IMG/VR virus record: IMGVR_UViG_3300001528_000580 | Coordinates: 288,001 to 352,000 of that record | Direction: 5' to 3' (one strand) | DNA from: a virus | Taxonomy: Duplodnaviria; Caudoviricetes | Length of the DNA: 64,000 bases | In this document: positions 10,584-21,113 of the stretch, piece by piece | Layout: every line of letters begins with the position of its first letter | Position numbering within the stretch: the stretch's first letter is position 1 | The notes under the pieces: model-generated | The model's input: only the letters and a program-made list of their open reading frames with translations | The model's database searches: none | What the model was told of the DNA's origin: nothing | Program-made: the position numbers and the translations under genes

Positions 10584-10728
10584 AACAGAAACCTTTTTTA
10601 TTATATAAAATATAAAAATTTTTTTATTTTTATCTTTATATAATAACTGTCGAGGTGGTAAAATAAATACATTCAATGATATATATTACAATATAGATAA
10701 AATAAATGACTTAAATTCGCAACTATTA

Positions 10729-11364
10729 ATGCTATGCGACTGTTGTAATAAAGAATATAAAACAACTTATCAAAAATTTTTATTTGGTGATAATTGTGGA
10801 AATTGCATAAAAAAAATAATAAAAGATAAAAATGTTGAAAAAATAAAACAACTATCTTATTATAATCATTTCGATAATATTCAAATATTAAATTTAGAAG
10901 AAATAACTGGCATTCATGCTAGAATATCATTACATTGTAATAATTGTGATAGAATATTTAAACAATCAATTTTTAAACACTTAAAAGGTTATACATGTCC
11001 AATATGTAAAGAATCACATGGAGAAAAAATAATCCGATATTTCTTAATCAGAAATAATTTAAAATTTGAAACAAATAAACAGTTCGATGATTGCAAAAAA
11101 ATAAAGAACTTATCATATGATTTTTTCATTCCAGAATATAACCTGTTAATAGAATATGATGGTAAACAACATTTTTATTCTATAGATAAATGGGGTGGAG
11201 ATAAAAGACTAAAAAAACAAGTTGAAAATGATAATAAAAAAAATGAATATGCCAAAAACAATGGTTATAATATCATAAGAATATCAAAATATAATACTAA
11301 AACACATATTACAATTTATGATTTTTTTAAAAAAATTATAGATAAAAAAATGGCGACTAATTAG
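10729..11364 (+). mobile_element. free-standing homing endonuclease (Zn-finger + PD-(D/E)xK/Vsr-like)
   Basis: CPIC..SHGE, YDFFIP..LIEYDGKQH, D..K..YA..NG..IIRI; opposite strand to neighbours. Confidence 0.8.
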
Positions 11365-11376
11365 TCGCCATTTTTT
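11344..11376. terminator. bidirectional intrinsic terminator
   Basis: aaaaaaaTGGCGACTAATTAGTCGCCAtttttt between convergent genes. Confidence 0.85.
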
Positions 11377-11384
11377 ATTGTTTT

Positions 11385-12839
11385 CTAAATAATTATTTTA
11401 GAATTTTCTCTTACTTCATCAAAGGTATACTCTTTAATCATTTCACCATTTTCAAATACTAATTCTAAATAGTTTTTACGATCACCGAGTTCTTCTTCCC
11501 TAATAGTTACAAACTTATCTCCTTCTTTAATAAGAGCAAGTCTTCCTCTTTTACTCATTTTAGTGATGTCCTTTGGTTTTTTATAAACATCATGCCAAAT
11601 ATCGTCAAACATTTGAGCAGAACATTTAAAAGCAAAACGTTGTACATCTCTATTAACTTTTTGATGAAGACCACCACCCATGCCAAAAATAATATTTTCA
11701 ACACTCCAACCGTGATTTGTCATTGCAAACAATACATCACGGATTCCATAATAATCGATTCCATCTCCCCAAAGGACTCTTACTTTATCATTCAAAACTT
11801 TGAATCCTTTTTCATTAGTTGTATAACCGAAATATTCTCCCAAAAGTTCCAAACATCTCAATGTTACACATACTGGATCTCCACTATCCGGTCTGAAAAC
11901 AGTCCTGCCATTCCTATTTAATACTCTGTCTTTAAAACGTGTCCCCAATACTGTAATATAATTTTCATAATTATAACTATCAATAACAGTAGAAAGCACA
12001 CCAGTATCAAATTCATTATATAAATGTTCAACAACGTCAAATTCACCAGCTTCTCCACGAGCAGTCATGATCGAATGTTCTGTTGCGGCAACAGAAAAAC
12101 CAGGCATTTCTTTTGCAACATTTACTTCATTGAATTCTTCTTGATTTAACAACTGGCAATCTGCACCATAATATTTCATAATTAATGTAAGTGCTGGAAC
12201 AGTGTCAGTACCCATCCAACCAGCCGCCAAGTGCGCAGAACCAGCAAAAGCAGCCGATTCAAGCGTGGTAGAACTTCTTTCACCAAAATCATGCAACATC
12301 CATTTAAGTGCATCAAGATTATCAGTCGTTCTCAACAAATAATCTTTAATCATAATTTTGCATTCTCTTGAAAGAGTTGCAACAGTCATGGAATACCAAA
12401 CATGCAACAATTCTGTTTCGACAAAATTAGTCAACCATTCGCAATTCTCTTTGTCTGTGTTTTCTACGGTCATCATGACGTTATTAACATCAACGGCTGT
12501 ACCCTCTGGAACTGCCATGATACGAAGCGGTAAACGCCCATTATGACGATTTAAAATATATTCCCAACCTTCTCTGTTGAAAACACCTTTACCCAAATGT
12601 GCGTTGATGATCATTTCTGCTTCATCAATTTTTTCTTGAGTTACCACTTGTCCAATAAAATATCTTTTTAAGATATATTGCAATCCATAAAATACAGTTT
12701 TATTAAACTTAGCACCATTTCTTGCTTCTAAATAAGAATATACTTTTTGAGTATCTTTGAGATACATTTTCCAATGTCCCATTTTGTAGCTATCACTCAT
12801 GAGGCAAATATTTTCAAAAAAATCAAATTTAATTTTCAT
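11385..12839 (-). CDS. nadV: nicotinamide phosphoribosyltransferase
   Basis: SDSYKMGH, LHDFG, ATEHS, RPDSGDP, WGDGI, FGMGGGL. Confidence 0.95.
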   Translation of the reverse strand: MKIKFDFFENICLMSDSYKMGHWKMYLKDTQKVYSYLEARNGAKFNKTVFYGLQYILKRYFIGQVVTQEKIDEAEMIINAHLGKGVFNREGWEYILNRHNGRLPLRIMAVPEGTAVDVNNVMMTVENTDKENCEWLTNFVETELLHVWYSMTVATLSRECKIMIKDYLLRTTDNLDALKWMLHDFGERSSTTLESAAFAGSAHLAAGWMGTDTVPALTLIMKYYGADCQLLNQEEFNEVNVAKEMPGFSVAATEHSIMTARGEAGEFDVVEHLYNEFDTGVLSTVIDSYNYENYITVLGTRFKDRVLNRNGRTVFRPDSGDPVCVTLRCLELLGEYFGYTTNEKGFKVLNDKVRVLWGDGIDYYGIRDVLFAMTNHGWSVENIIFGMGGGLHQKVNRDVQRFAFKCSAQMFDDIWHDVYKKPKDITKMSKRGRLALIKEGDKFVTIREEELGDRKNYLELVFENGEMIKEYTFDEVRENSKIII

Positions 12840-12858
12840 TTTATTATTCCTTTATTTA

Positions 12859-13797
12859 TTATTTCTGTTTCTTACTCAAAAAATCAACTAACATCTTTCC
12901 TAACACAATATGTTCATCAACTAACAATTCATTGTATTTTTCAATAAATTCTCCAATTGAAACAACTGATAAAGAATCAATGTCATCATGAGCTTCTGGT
13001 TTGCCATCCAATTTTCTTGCAAGATAAAAATTTGTAATAATTTTATCTTCTTCTGAACGGTATCTCCAATCATTGATTTTAACGCTTCCAATATAATCTT
13101 GTGTTGGGTCAATATCAACTGTCATAGATGTTTCTTCAAGTGCTTCTCTTTTTGCAGCATCTTCAAAAGAATTATCTTTTTTAGGATCAGTAAAACCACC
13201 AACAAAACGAAGTTTATTTTGATTTCTTTTTTGTGCAAGATAAAGATTATTATTTTCGTCTATAATTGCAACGTCAACAGTAGCATATGCTGTTGGATAT
13301 CTATTATTTGTTGCTAAGATAACTCCACGACGAAAATTTGCATCTTTTGCAATATTATTAGAAGCAATTCTTCTTCTAATAACTGTACCAGAAATAATGT
13401 TTTTCGGAACGAATTCTTCTGCCTTATATCTACCACAATAAGACTTGACAAAAGAATCTCTACTACCATACAAAACAATATTTTGATTTTGAGGAATTTG
13501 CTTGGCGATGAGAGAATCCAACATTTTTGACCAAATTTCATCATTACCTACATCTTCAATGTAGTATACAGAAACATTTGGATATTTCTCTTGGATCATT
13601 TGTTTTCTCATCTCAAAATCGAGTGGATTATTTTTGGTATACTTAATTTCACTAAGTCCCAAAAATACTACTACGTTGTTATGTAAACTCATTACATAGT
13701 CAAAGATATCACAATGACCAGCATGTAATTCATCTACTTGGAACCTGCCAACGATAACTCCAGTTCCATTGTCTATTTTTTCTTCTTCATCCAACAT
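12859..13797 (-). CDS. nadM: bifunctional NMN adenylyltransferase / Nudix hydrolase (NadM-Nudix, NatV-like)
   Basis: GRFQ..HAGH, SGT..R, Nudix box GGF...AKREALEET. Confidence 0.92.
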   Translation of the reverse strand: MLDEEEKIDNGTGVIVGRFQVDELHAGHCDIFDYVMSLHNNVVVFLGLSEIKYTKNNPLDFEMRKQMIQEKYPNVSVYYIEDVGNDEIWSKMLDSLIAKQIPQNQNIVLYGSRDSFVKSYCGRYKAEEFVPKNIISGTVIRRRIASNNIAKDANFRRGVILATNNRYPTAYATVDVAIIDENNNLYLAQKRNQNKLRFVGGFTDPKKDNSFEDAAKREALEETSMTVDIDPTQDYIGSVKINDWRYRSEEDKIITNFYLARKLDGKPEAHDDIDSLSVVSIGEFIEKYNELLVDEHIVLGKMLVDFLSKKQK

Positions 13798-13913
13798 TTT
13801 TTCACCTATGTATCTAAATGTTTTTTGATTTTTTTAAAACGAACTAGTTTAACCAATAACAACTATGTCGATTCGTTTTAATTACATATAATATAATATA
13901 AAAAAAATAAAAA

Positions 13914-14243
13914 TCAAGCTGTAAAAGTATATTTTTTTAGAAAATTATAGTATTCTTGTGTTCTATCCCAATCATGAACTCCGAACCATTGATAAACTGG
14001 CTCTAATGTATCAAGATATTTGGTTATACCATCTTGCTTTATATTACAATTTTCATCAGCCTCAAGAAAATCTTCACATAAATCTACTGTTAATTTAATA
14101 TCTTCTTTTGAAAAATTTATTTTAACATTAAATTTATTTTCTATTTCATTTGATAGTTTAATCAAATCTTCATTTTTAATTACCTTAACATCTTCATGTA
14201 GCAAAAAATAATTGATAATTACATTAGAAATAGACAAGTTCAT
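13914..14243 (-). CDS. hypothetical protein
   Basis: ORF with its own promoter. Confidence 0.55.
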   Translation of the reverse strand: MNLSISNVIINYFLLHEDVKVIKNEDLIKLSNEIENKFNVKINFSKEDIKLTVDLCEDFLEADENCNIKQDGITKYLDTLEPVYQWFGVHDWDRTQEYYNFLKKYTFTA

Positions 14244-14310
14244 ACGTATACCTTTACATTTGTTTCTATTACTTTAATATAATATAATTCACTTTTTATA
14301 AAAGTCAAAT

Positions 14311-14346
14311 AAAAAAAGCAAAATATTATAAAATATTTTGCTTTTT
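14311..14346. terminator. intrinsic terminator
   Basis: aaaaaagcaaaatatt-ataa-aatattttgctttttt. Confidence 0.75.
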
Positions 14347-14367
14347 AATATAATTTTTAAAAGTTAA

Positions 14368-15249
14368 TTATACTGATGCTGATGAGCTTGACTCTTCAAC
14401 TACTGCACTTGAACTTGATTCTTGTGCTTCACTAGAAGATGAGCTTGATTCCTCAGAAGATAAACTTGATTCTTCTGATGATTCACTACTTTCTGATTCT
14501 GCTGAACTTGATGATGAACTTGATTCTTCTTCAACAACAGGAACATTTAATACATCATTTGGAACAGTTACAACGATAAGTTTGTTTGGTTCACCTAACT
14601 TATTGTATACCTCAAAATTATCTGTTAATACATACTTTTCTTCGCTATCATCTTCACCTTTTACTAAAATGTAAGATACATTATCTGGCTCTGTAATAAC
14701 TTGAATTGCATTGTTTTCTTTTGCCCATAATTTCATTGGTGCTTTTTCAGCATCTCTTGCATCAGATACAAATTGGACAGGACCATTTTGTAATGCTATT
14801 ACTGGCAATCCAACAACAGGAACATTATCTTTCTTTGTTACAATAATAAGTGAATTTGGTTCACCAAGTTTATTATAAACATCAAAACTATCTGTTAATA
14901 CATATTTTTCCTCACTATCATCACCTTTAACTAATATATATGCTACATCATCTGGTGATGTGACAACTTGAATATCATTTATTCTTGGTGGATATAAATA
15001 GAGTGGTGGCATCTTTCCTGCCTCAACATCTACAACAGGTACATCATGTGCATCTGATACTTGTTGAACAGAACCAACTGTCAATCCAGCAATAATTTTC
15101 AAGTTATTTGGAATATATTTTGCAGAAACATCTTTTTCAATTGTTTCCATTTTTGCTGTAATTCTATCATGACTTGCTGTTTTTCTTACTTCTTGTTTAG
15201 CTCTAAATTCTGCATAGTCATTACGTACTTTTTGTTCACTATCTGGCAT
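14368..15249 (-). CDS. protein with duplicated ~46-aa domain and Ser/Glu-rich tail
   Basis: IQV.T.PD.V.YILVKG.DSEEKYVLTD.F.VYNKLGEPN.LI.VT twice; ESSSSS tail. Confidence 0.75.
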   Translation of the reverse strand: MPDSEQKVRNDYAEFRAKQEVRKTASHDRITAKMETIEKDVSAKYIPNNLKIIAGLTVGSVQQVSDAHDVPVVDVEAGKMPPLYLYPPRINDIQVVTSPDDVAYILVKGDDSEEKYVLTDSFDVYNKLGEPNSLIIVTKKDNVPVVGLPVIALQNGPVQFVSDARDAEKAPMKLWAKENNAIQVITEPDNVSYILVKGEDDSEEKYVLTDNFEVYNKLGEPNKLIVVTVPNDVLNVPVVEEESSSSSSSAESESSESSEESSLSSEESSSSSSEAQESSSSAVVEESSSSASV

Positions 15250-15272
15250 ATCTATTTTCTCCTTATAAAAGT

Positions 15273-15971
15273 TTAATTATAATATCCTAAACCATTTATT
15301 TTTTCTTTATCGCCATAATTATAAAAACCCATTTCTCTATTTACTTCTTTTGTAACACTAGAGTCAATAATATCTCTAACATCTGATTCTTGCAATCCAA
15401 GATGTTTAGGGCCAATTACAGCACTTTCAGCGATTTGAATACATTCTTCAATATCTTCTGATAATTCTTCTTTACTTACATTACCTAAATTAGAAAATTG
15501 AGTAGCATGAATAACAGATGAAACTGAAATATTCAAATAATCAATTTCTTTTTCTGGTAAACTACCATCTTTAATAATATTATCAATGCCATTAATTCTA
15601 TTAGGAAGATTTTGCTCCATATCTTTTAATTGAACAATTATATCGTTAGGAATTTCACTATTTCTATTTAAAAATTTTGAAACTTCTTCTAAAATAGAAT
15701 AATATATTTTTGAAAAATATTGATTTAAAACCAATGGTAATTCATCAATCTTTGCTACTATATTACCTTCATCATTTTTTTCTATTAAGCCATATTTTGT
15801 AAATACTTGTAAAAATTGAACATTGATCAATTCATTAGAATTTAATGAAGTAATCATATTTTTTAAAAATGTTATTTCTTCTTCTGTAAAATTAAAATAT
15901 AACATTTTTAAATTCTTAACAACATTACTAATATATCTTATATATGTTATTGAATTTATTTGTTCATCCAT
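15273..15971 (-). CDS. hypothetical protein
   Basis: ORF with AGGA RBS. Confidence 0.6.
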   Translation of the reverse strand: MDEQINSITYIRYISNVVKNLKMLYFNFTEEEITFLKNMITSLNSNELINVQFLQVFTKYGLIEKNDEGNIVAKIDELPLVLNQYFSKIYYSILEEVSKFLNRNSEIPNDIIVQLKDMEQNLPNRINGIDNIIKDGSLPEKEIDYLNISVSSVIHATQFSNLGNVSKEELSEDIEECIQIAESAVIGPKHLGLQESDVRDIIDSSVTKEVNREMGFYNYGDKEKINGLGYYN

Positions 15972-16016
15972 AGCATTGATCCTTTTTTTATATATAAAAA
16001 AATATAAAAAACTTTA

Positions 16017-16394
16017 TTAAAAGACTATTTCACGAACATTTAATCCTAATTCATTATTCAACCAATTTGCCACTAAATGTCTATGGCAAAATTTATTTGG
16101 TGCTTCCCAACATAACAACACAGCATCATCACCTAGTTTTTCAAATACATCTTTTGCATTTAATTTTGACAAAACTTCTTTATAATATTGCTCTGTATAA
16201 TATTCTTCATCTCCATCTTCTTTATATTTTTTAAAAAACCAATATTTTGGAGCTAAGGTTTTGTATTCATGTTTTTTAATATCATCACCATAAAATTTAA
16301 CAAAATCATCCATTGATTTACCAGCAATACTAATTAAATTAGTATAACCCATTTGTAATAATTGTTTTCTTCTAGCAAAATATGATGTATACAT
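16017..16394 (-). CDS. DUF488 family protein
   Basis: YTSYF, LAP, LLCWE..FCHRHLVA; start refined after AGGAG. Confidence 0.8.
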   Translation of the reverse strand: MYTSYFARRKQLLQMGYTNLISIAGKSMDDFVKFYGDDIKKHEYKTLAPKYWFFKKYKEDGDEEYYTEQYYKEVLSKLNAKDVFEKLGDDAVLLCWEAPNKFCHRHLVANWLNNELGLNVREIVF

Positions 16395-16470
16395 ATTTAC
16401 ATAATCTCCTTTATAATAAAAAAAATAACATATGAAATAATAAATTCCATATGTTATCAATAAAAGTAAA

Positions 16471-16767
16471 TTATTTAGAATTTATTGTATAAGTTCCGTC
16501 TTGTTCTGATACAGGAATCCTAATATACATTCTATAAGGATCAAGCAATGGTGCATTTACATATGATTTACCAGTAGCATACAATCCTTTACTATCTTTT
16601 GCAATAACTACCTTATCAGAAAAATAATCATTACAAATATCCTTCATATTAACATCTTCTAAAACGGATATTACCATATTTTCTTTTGTACCATAATGAC
16701 CATCCCATTCATTATCATACTTAATTTTATCATTATTAGAACTACTGTTATTTTTCGGTTTACCCAT
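16471..16767 (-). CDS. hypothetical protein
   Basis: AGGAG RBS. Confidence 0.6.
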   Translation of the reverse strand: MGKPKNNSSSNNDKIKYDNEWDGHYGTKENMVISVLEDVNMKDICNDYFSDKVVIAKDSKGLYATGKSYVNAPLLDPYRMYIRIPVSEQDGTYTINSK

Positions 16768-16788
16768 TTAAACTTTCTCCTTTATTTT

Positions 16789-17652
16789 TTACAATGCAAT
16801 TAACTGAACATTTGGAAATGTTCTTTCAAAAAAATGATAATATTTCCATTTATTATCACTATAACTAGGTCTTTCACCAAAGTTAACATTTATCAATGCA
16901 ATACCATTAGCAAGTAATACATCTTCAAATGCATTTGGATTTTTTATCATACAACGATAATATAAATCTAAACATATTCCAATCAAATATGGAATAGCGG
17001 AATTTCTGACAGATTCGTAAGTAATATTGTTTTTCTTTAATGTGAAACATCTTTTAGCAATATTAAAATTAAATCCATGAAAATTTAAAATACCAATGGC
17101 TTCATTAACAATTCTCTTAATGTTTTCACAATGAAAATTTACATATTTAAATCTATCATTATTGGTATTTTCACTTGCAATCATTTTTATACGTTCTTTA
17201 AATAATTTTGACATTTCTCCTTGAACAGCATAAAAACCAACATTATCAGAATTATTTTTATATAAATACTCTAAACCAATATTTATTGTGCTATCATCGT
17301 TATAATCATCATGATAAACATCTATGATTCTCCCATTATAATATACAATAATTGGAGATTCATTAATTGCTATATCTTTTTCTTTATTATAATCAATATG
17401 ACCAAAACAATAATTTCTTGTCCATTCAACTTCCTTGTTATCAAAATCGCATACAACTTTGACACTTGCAGAATTACCTGTTCTGTTATTAATGTCAAAA
17501 TCAAATTCTCTTGATATTTTTGAAGATATTAATCCAAGTCCAAATGCAATACAATCAAATTCAAAACTGTCCTCATTTGGTAAAACGTTTATCCCCTTAG
17601 ATAATTCAATCCACCTTGAAAATTCTTCAATATATATTTTTTTTAAAAACAT
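16789..17652 (-). CDS. PtuA/AAA_21-like ABC-ATPase scaffold lacking catalytic motifs (pseudo-ATPase)
   Basis: MFLKKIYIEEF, PIIVYYNGR, DLYYRCMIKNP, GIALI, TFPNVQLI resemble PtuA-type ATPases; no Walker A, LSxG, DE or THS. Confidence 0.65.
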   Translation of the reverse strand: MFLKKIYIEEFSRWIELSKGINVLPNEDSFEFDCIAFGLGLISSKISREFDFDINNRTGNSASVKVVCDFDNKEVEWTRNYCFGHIDYNKEKDIAINESPIIVYYNGRIIDVYHDDYNDDSTINIGLEYLYKNNSDNVGFYAVQGEMSKLFKERIKMIASENTNNDRFKYVNFHCENIKRIVNEAIGILNFHGFNFNIAKRCFTLKKNNITYESVRNSAIPYLIGICLDLYYRCMIKNPNAFEDVLLANGIALINVNFGERPSYSDNKWKYYHFFERTFPNVQLIAL

Positions 17653-17719
17653 TTTTTCAATCCTTATTGTTATCAATGAAGTAATATAGCATAATAAAAT
17701 TAAAAAGCAAACTATTTTT

Positions 17720-20700
17720 TTAATTTTGTTCTATTATTTTCAACTCTCCTTTGTTATTGTTCTTATTGAAAAAGTAAACAGTTCTATCTTGATCGCTTAC
17801 TGATATTGGAATTTGTAATATGTTTCCTTCTTTAAAATAATTTTTATATGTAAATTTTGCATCATCTTCACCAACAAGCATTTTTGCATTATTCAACCCA
17901 TCTGTTAATAAAATCCAACATTTTTTATCACCATTTTTAGTAGTAAAATTAACTATTTTATCAACTTTACTAATAACAAGTCTAAATCTTGCATTTCCTT
18001 CTTCAACTTCATCCATTGTTTTCAATAACATATTATTATTTTTCTTCGCACTAATATTAAATTCTTCTATATACTTTTCAAAACGTTCAGAAACAGTTTT
18101 TTCAAATACATAATTTAACATTGCTTCTTCTCTTTGTTTTTGTTCTTCTTTTGTCAAAACAGGTGTTGAACTAGCAAAATCATCCATCATATCAAAAAAA
18201 TCTAATTGATTAAAATCTTTTTTGTTCTTTATTTGATTCCATCTCTCTAATATAATAGTTACATCTCCAAAAGAATTGAATGACCCTGAACAAATTAAAT
18301 GTTCTAACTTCTTTTCATTAAATTTATTTCCAACTCTTTCAAAAAAATCATCAAAATTTTTATATGGTCTGTTTTCAATAATATTATTTATATCTATTTG
18401 ATTTAACAACATCATATCTCTTAATGGAAATCTTAACCCTTCATAAAAACCATTACTATCAATTATCCATTTATTTTCTGAAATATTAATGTCTGGTTGA
18501 AAAACCCTTATTCCATTTTTTCTAGCATAATTAATCAAAAATTTAATTGCTGAAATATTTTCTATTTCTTCTGTTCTATTATAATGATTTAATAAACAGC
18601 AAGTAAATTCTTTTCTATAATGTGCCTTAAAAAATAAATCAAGAGCACTATACATACTATATGCTACACTGTGAGATTCATTAAAGCCATATCCTGAAAA
18701 CGCAAGTAATTCATTAAATATAGCTTCTGGATATTCTTTTGATATTTCTCCTGATTCTACTTTTGATTGACAACCATCAACAAATAATTTTTTCCAATAA
18801 GGTATAAGATCACCTTTCATTTTTTGTTTATATAATAGTTTCATAAATTTATATGATTTTACATTATCAAATCCTGCTAAGTGATATGCCACATGATATG
18901 CTGCTTCCTGAAATATCGGTAATCCATAGGTACTTCCCAAATATTTTTCTAAACATTTAGGAATAGTATAATCTTCTTCACCATTTCTTCTATCACCAAA
19001 TTTTTTAGGAAATTTATTTTTCAAAGAAGCAGGACGCATTAAAGAGTTAACAGCACTTATATCGGAAAAAGAATGTATTCCATTCATATCTCTAATAACT
19101 CCTTTTGCAACATTACTATCTAACTGCCAAACTCCTATCAAATCACCACGATTAGCAACATCAAATGCTTTTTTATCATTTAAATATCCATCTATCAAAT
19201 AATCATCTCTTGTTCTATCATATCCATTACGTTCATTAACCATCTTGATAATTTCTTCAATAAAAGTCATTGCTTTCACTTCGAGAAAATCCATCTTGAC
19301 AAACCCCATTTGACCAAGCTCTCTACTTTCAATTCCTTCAAGCCAGCAAGTAGAGATACCATCTTTTGACATTCTTACTGGTAACATATCAGTTAGATTT
19401 TTATTTGAAACTAACACACCAGATGCATGAACACCATAAGTAACAGTATTTCCACGTAACTCATTAAATGGCATTTGAAGTTTAGGATATTTTTCCATCA
19501 ATATTTTCAAAGCAGAACATTTTTTCATTAACTCTTCTACTGGCAAATTTCTAATGTCATTATTATCTAAATCTGCCATTGATTTAGTTACAAATAAAAT
19601 TTCATCTTTATCAATATCATATACTCTTCCTAAATCTTGAAGCAAATTAGCACCAGAAAAGTTAGTGTTGGTTCCAATTAAACAAACACTACCTTCTCCA
19701 TATTTATTTCTTAAATAATTAATAACACTAGACTTTGATGATGAGTCAAGGTCAACATCAGGAAGATCACCACCAGAAACTTTACCACCCTGATTAATAA
19801 TTTCATCTAATCTTGAAGCATCAAGAAATCTTTCAAAAAGTAGATTATATTTAACAGGATCAACATCAAAAATATGCAAAGCATAAAGAACTAAAGAGCC
19901 AGCCCCCGACCCTCTTCCAGTCCCGGTTGCTATTTTATTTTTTCTACAAAATGAACAAATATCTTCCAAAAATAAGAAATAATCAGCAAATCCAGCTCTT
20001 ATTACGTTATCTAATTCATATTTCAATCTTTGAACATATATTGGATTATCAAAATGACCTCTATCCTTCAATCCATTCCATGCCTTTTCTTCAAGAACTT
20101 TATTTGCATTATCATATGTAGGCATTTTAATACTTGTATCAAGTTCAAAATTTTCAATAGATTCACAAAAATTATTTAGATTTTGTAAACATTGATTAAA
20201 TACATCTTCTGTAAATATATCATTTTTAAACTTTCTATTAAACAATTCATATATTTGTTCGGTACTTTTATAACTCATATCAGGACACAAGTTTATTTCT
20301 GGTCTTTTGTCACCATGCTTATAAATACTTAGCAATGCTTTAAATGAATCTTCATCTTCTTTATTTATATAATGACTATTAATTCCAATGACCATTGGAA
20401 TATTATGTTTTTTACAAAATTCTATTACTTTATTATTTATTTCAATATAATCATCATCCTCTGCAATTACCAACTCTAAGTATACATCATTGAATAATTT
20501 CTTATAACCTTTATATTTAGCAATTGCAAATTTTTCTCTGCCATTATCTATATCGTTAATAATTTCTCCATTAACACTTGGAACAATACAAGAAATACCT
20601 TCGTTATATTTAGATAATTCAAAATTTGTAGTTCTTGGATATTCATAAATTCCATTAAGTTGTGCATCATTATGAATTTTAATAATATTGTAATAACCTG

Positions 20701-21073
20701 TTATATTTTTGGCATATAACAATAAGTGCCAATTAACTCCAACTGCCACTTTTTCATCAAGTGTCATCTCATCAAGTGTCATCTCTTTCTGTTTATTTGC
20801 GCCATAAAACAATATTTTCTTTATACTTTTTGAATTTTTTTCATATTCTATTCTATAATTTGACACCATCATTTGAACACCAAGAATAGGAGTAATATCA
20901 TTTTTTTTACAAGTAAAATATTGATTCACCCATCCAGATAATTCATTATAATTAGTAATACCAACATATTTTTGTTTAAATTCTTTTGCTTTTTCTATAA
21001 CATCATTTATACTACCTAAACCAGATCTTAAGCTATAATTATCATGATGATGTATATTTTGAAATGTTAACAT
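17720..21073 (-). CDS. dnaE: DNA polymerase III alpha subunit
   Basis: PHP domain HHHDNYSL, GRGSGAGSL, LLFERFL, PDVDLD, HASGV, KMDFL, YGFNESH. Confidence 0.97.
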   Translation of the reverse strand: MLTFQNIHHHDNYSLRSGLGSINDVIEKAKEFKQKYVGITNYNELSGWVNQYFTCKKNDITPILGVQMMVSNYRIEYEKNSKSIKKILFYGANKQKEMTLDEMTLDEKVAVGVNWHLLLYAKNITGYYNIIKIHNDAQLNGIYEYPRTTNFELSKYNEGISCIVPSVNGEIINDIDNGREKFAIAKYKGYKKLFNDVYLELVIAEDDDYIEINNKVIEFCKKHNIPMVIGINSHYINKEDEDSFKALLSIYKHGDKRPEINLCPDMSYKSTEQIYELFNRKFKNDIFTEDVFNQCLQNLNNFCESIENFELDTSIKMPTYDNANKVLEEKAWNGLKDRGHFDNPIYVQRLKYELDNVIRAGFADYFLFLEDICSFCRKNKIATGTGRGSGAGSLVLYALHIFDVDPVKYNLLFERFLDASRLDEIINQGGKVSGGDLPDVDLDSSSKSSVINYLRNKYGEGSVCLIGTNTNFSGANLLQDLGRVYDIDKDEILFVTKSMADLDNNDIRNLPVEELMKKCSALKILMEKYPKLQMPFNELRGNTVTYGVHASGVLVSNKNLTDMLPVRMSKDGISTCWLEGIESRELGQMGFVKMDFLEVKAMTFIEEIIKMVNERNGYDRTRDDYLIDGYLNDKKAFDVANRGDLIGVWQLDSNVAKGVIRDMNGIHSFSDISAVNSLMRPASLKNKFPKKFGDRRNGEEDYTIPKCLEKYLGSTYGLPIFQEAAYHVAYHLAGFDNVKSYKFMKLLYKQKMKGDLIPYWKKLFVDGCQSKVESGEISKEYPEAIFNELLAFSGYGFNESHSVAYSMYSALDLFFKAHYRKEFTCCLLNHYNRTEEIENISAIKFLINYARKNGIRVFQPDINISENKWIIDSNGFYEGLRFPLRDMMLLNQIDINNIIENRPYKNFDDFFERVGNKFNEKKLEHLICSGSFNSFGDVTIILERWNQIKNKKDFNQLDFFDMMDDFASSTPVLTKEEQKQREEAMLNYVFEKTVSERFEKYIEEFNISAKKNNNMLLKTMDEVEEGNARFRLVISKVDKIVNFTTKNGDKKCWILLTDGLNNAKMLVGEDDAKFTYKNYFKEGNILQIPISVSDQDRTVYFFNKNNNKGELKIIEQN

Positions 21074-21113
21074 AAACTTTCTCCTTTATAAAACTATTAA
21101 ATAACATAATATA

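Noticed and set aside
17720-21073. Intein or intron in dnaE
   Set aside because: Length is normal; only a short loop insertion before PDVDLD; no splice motifs
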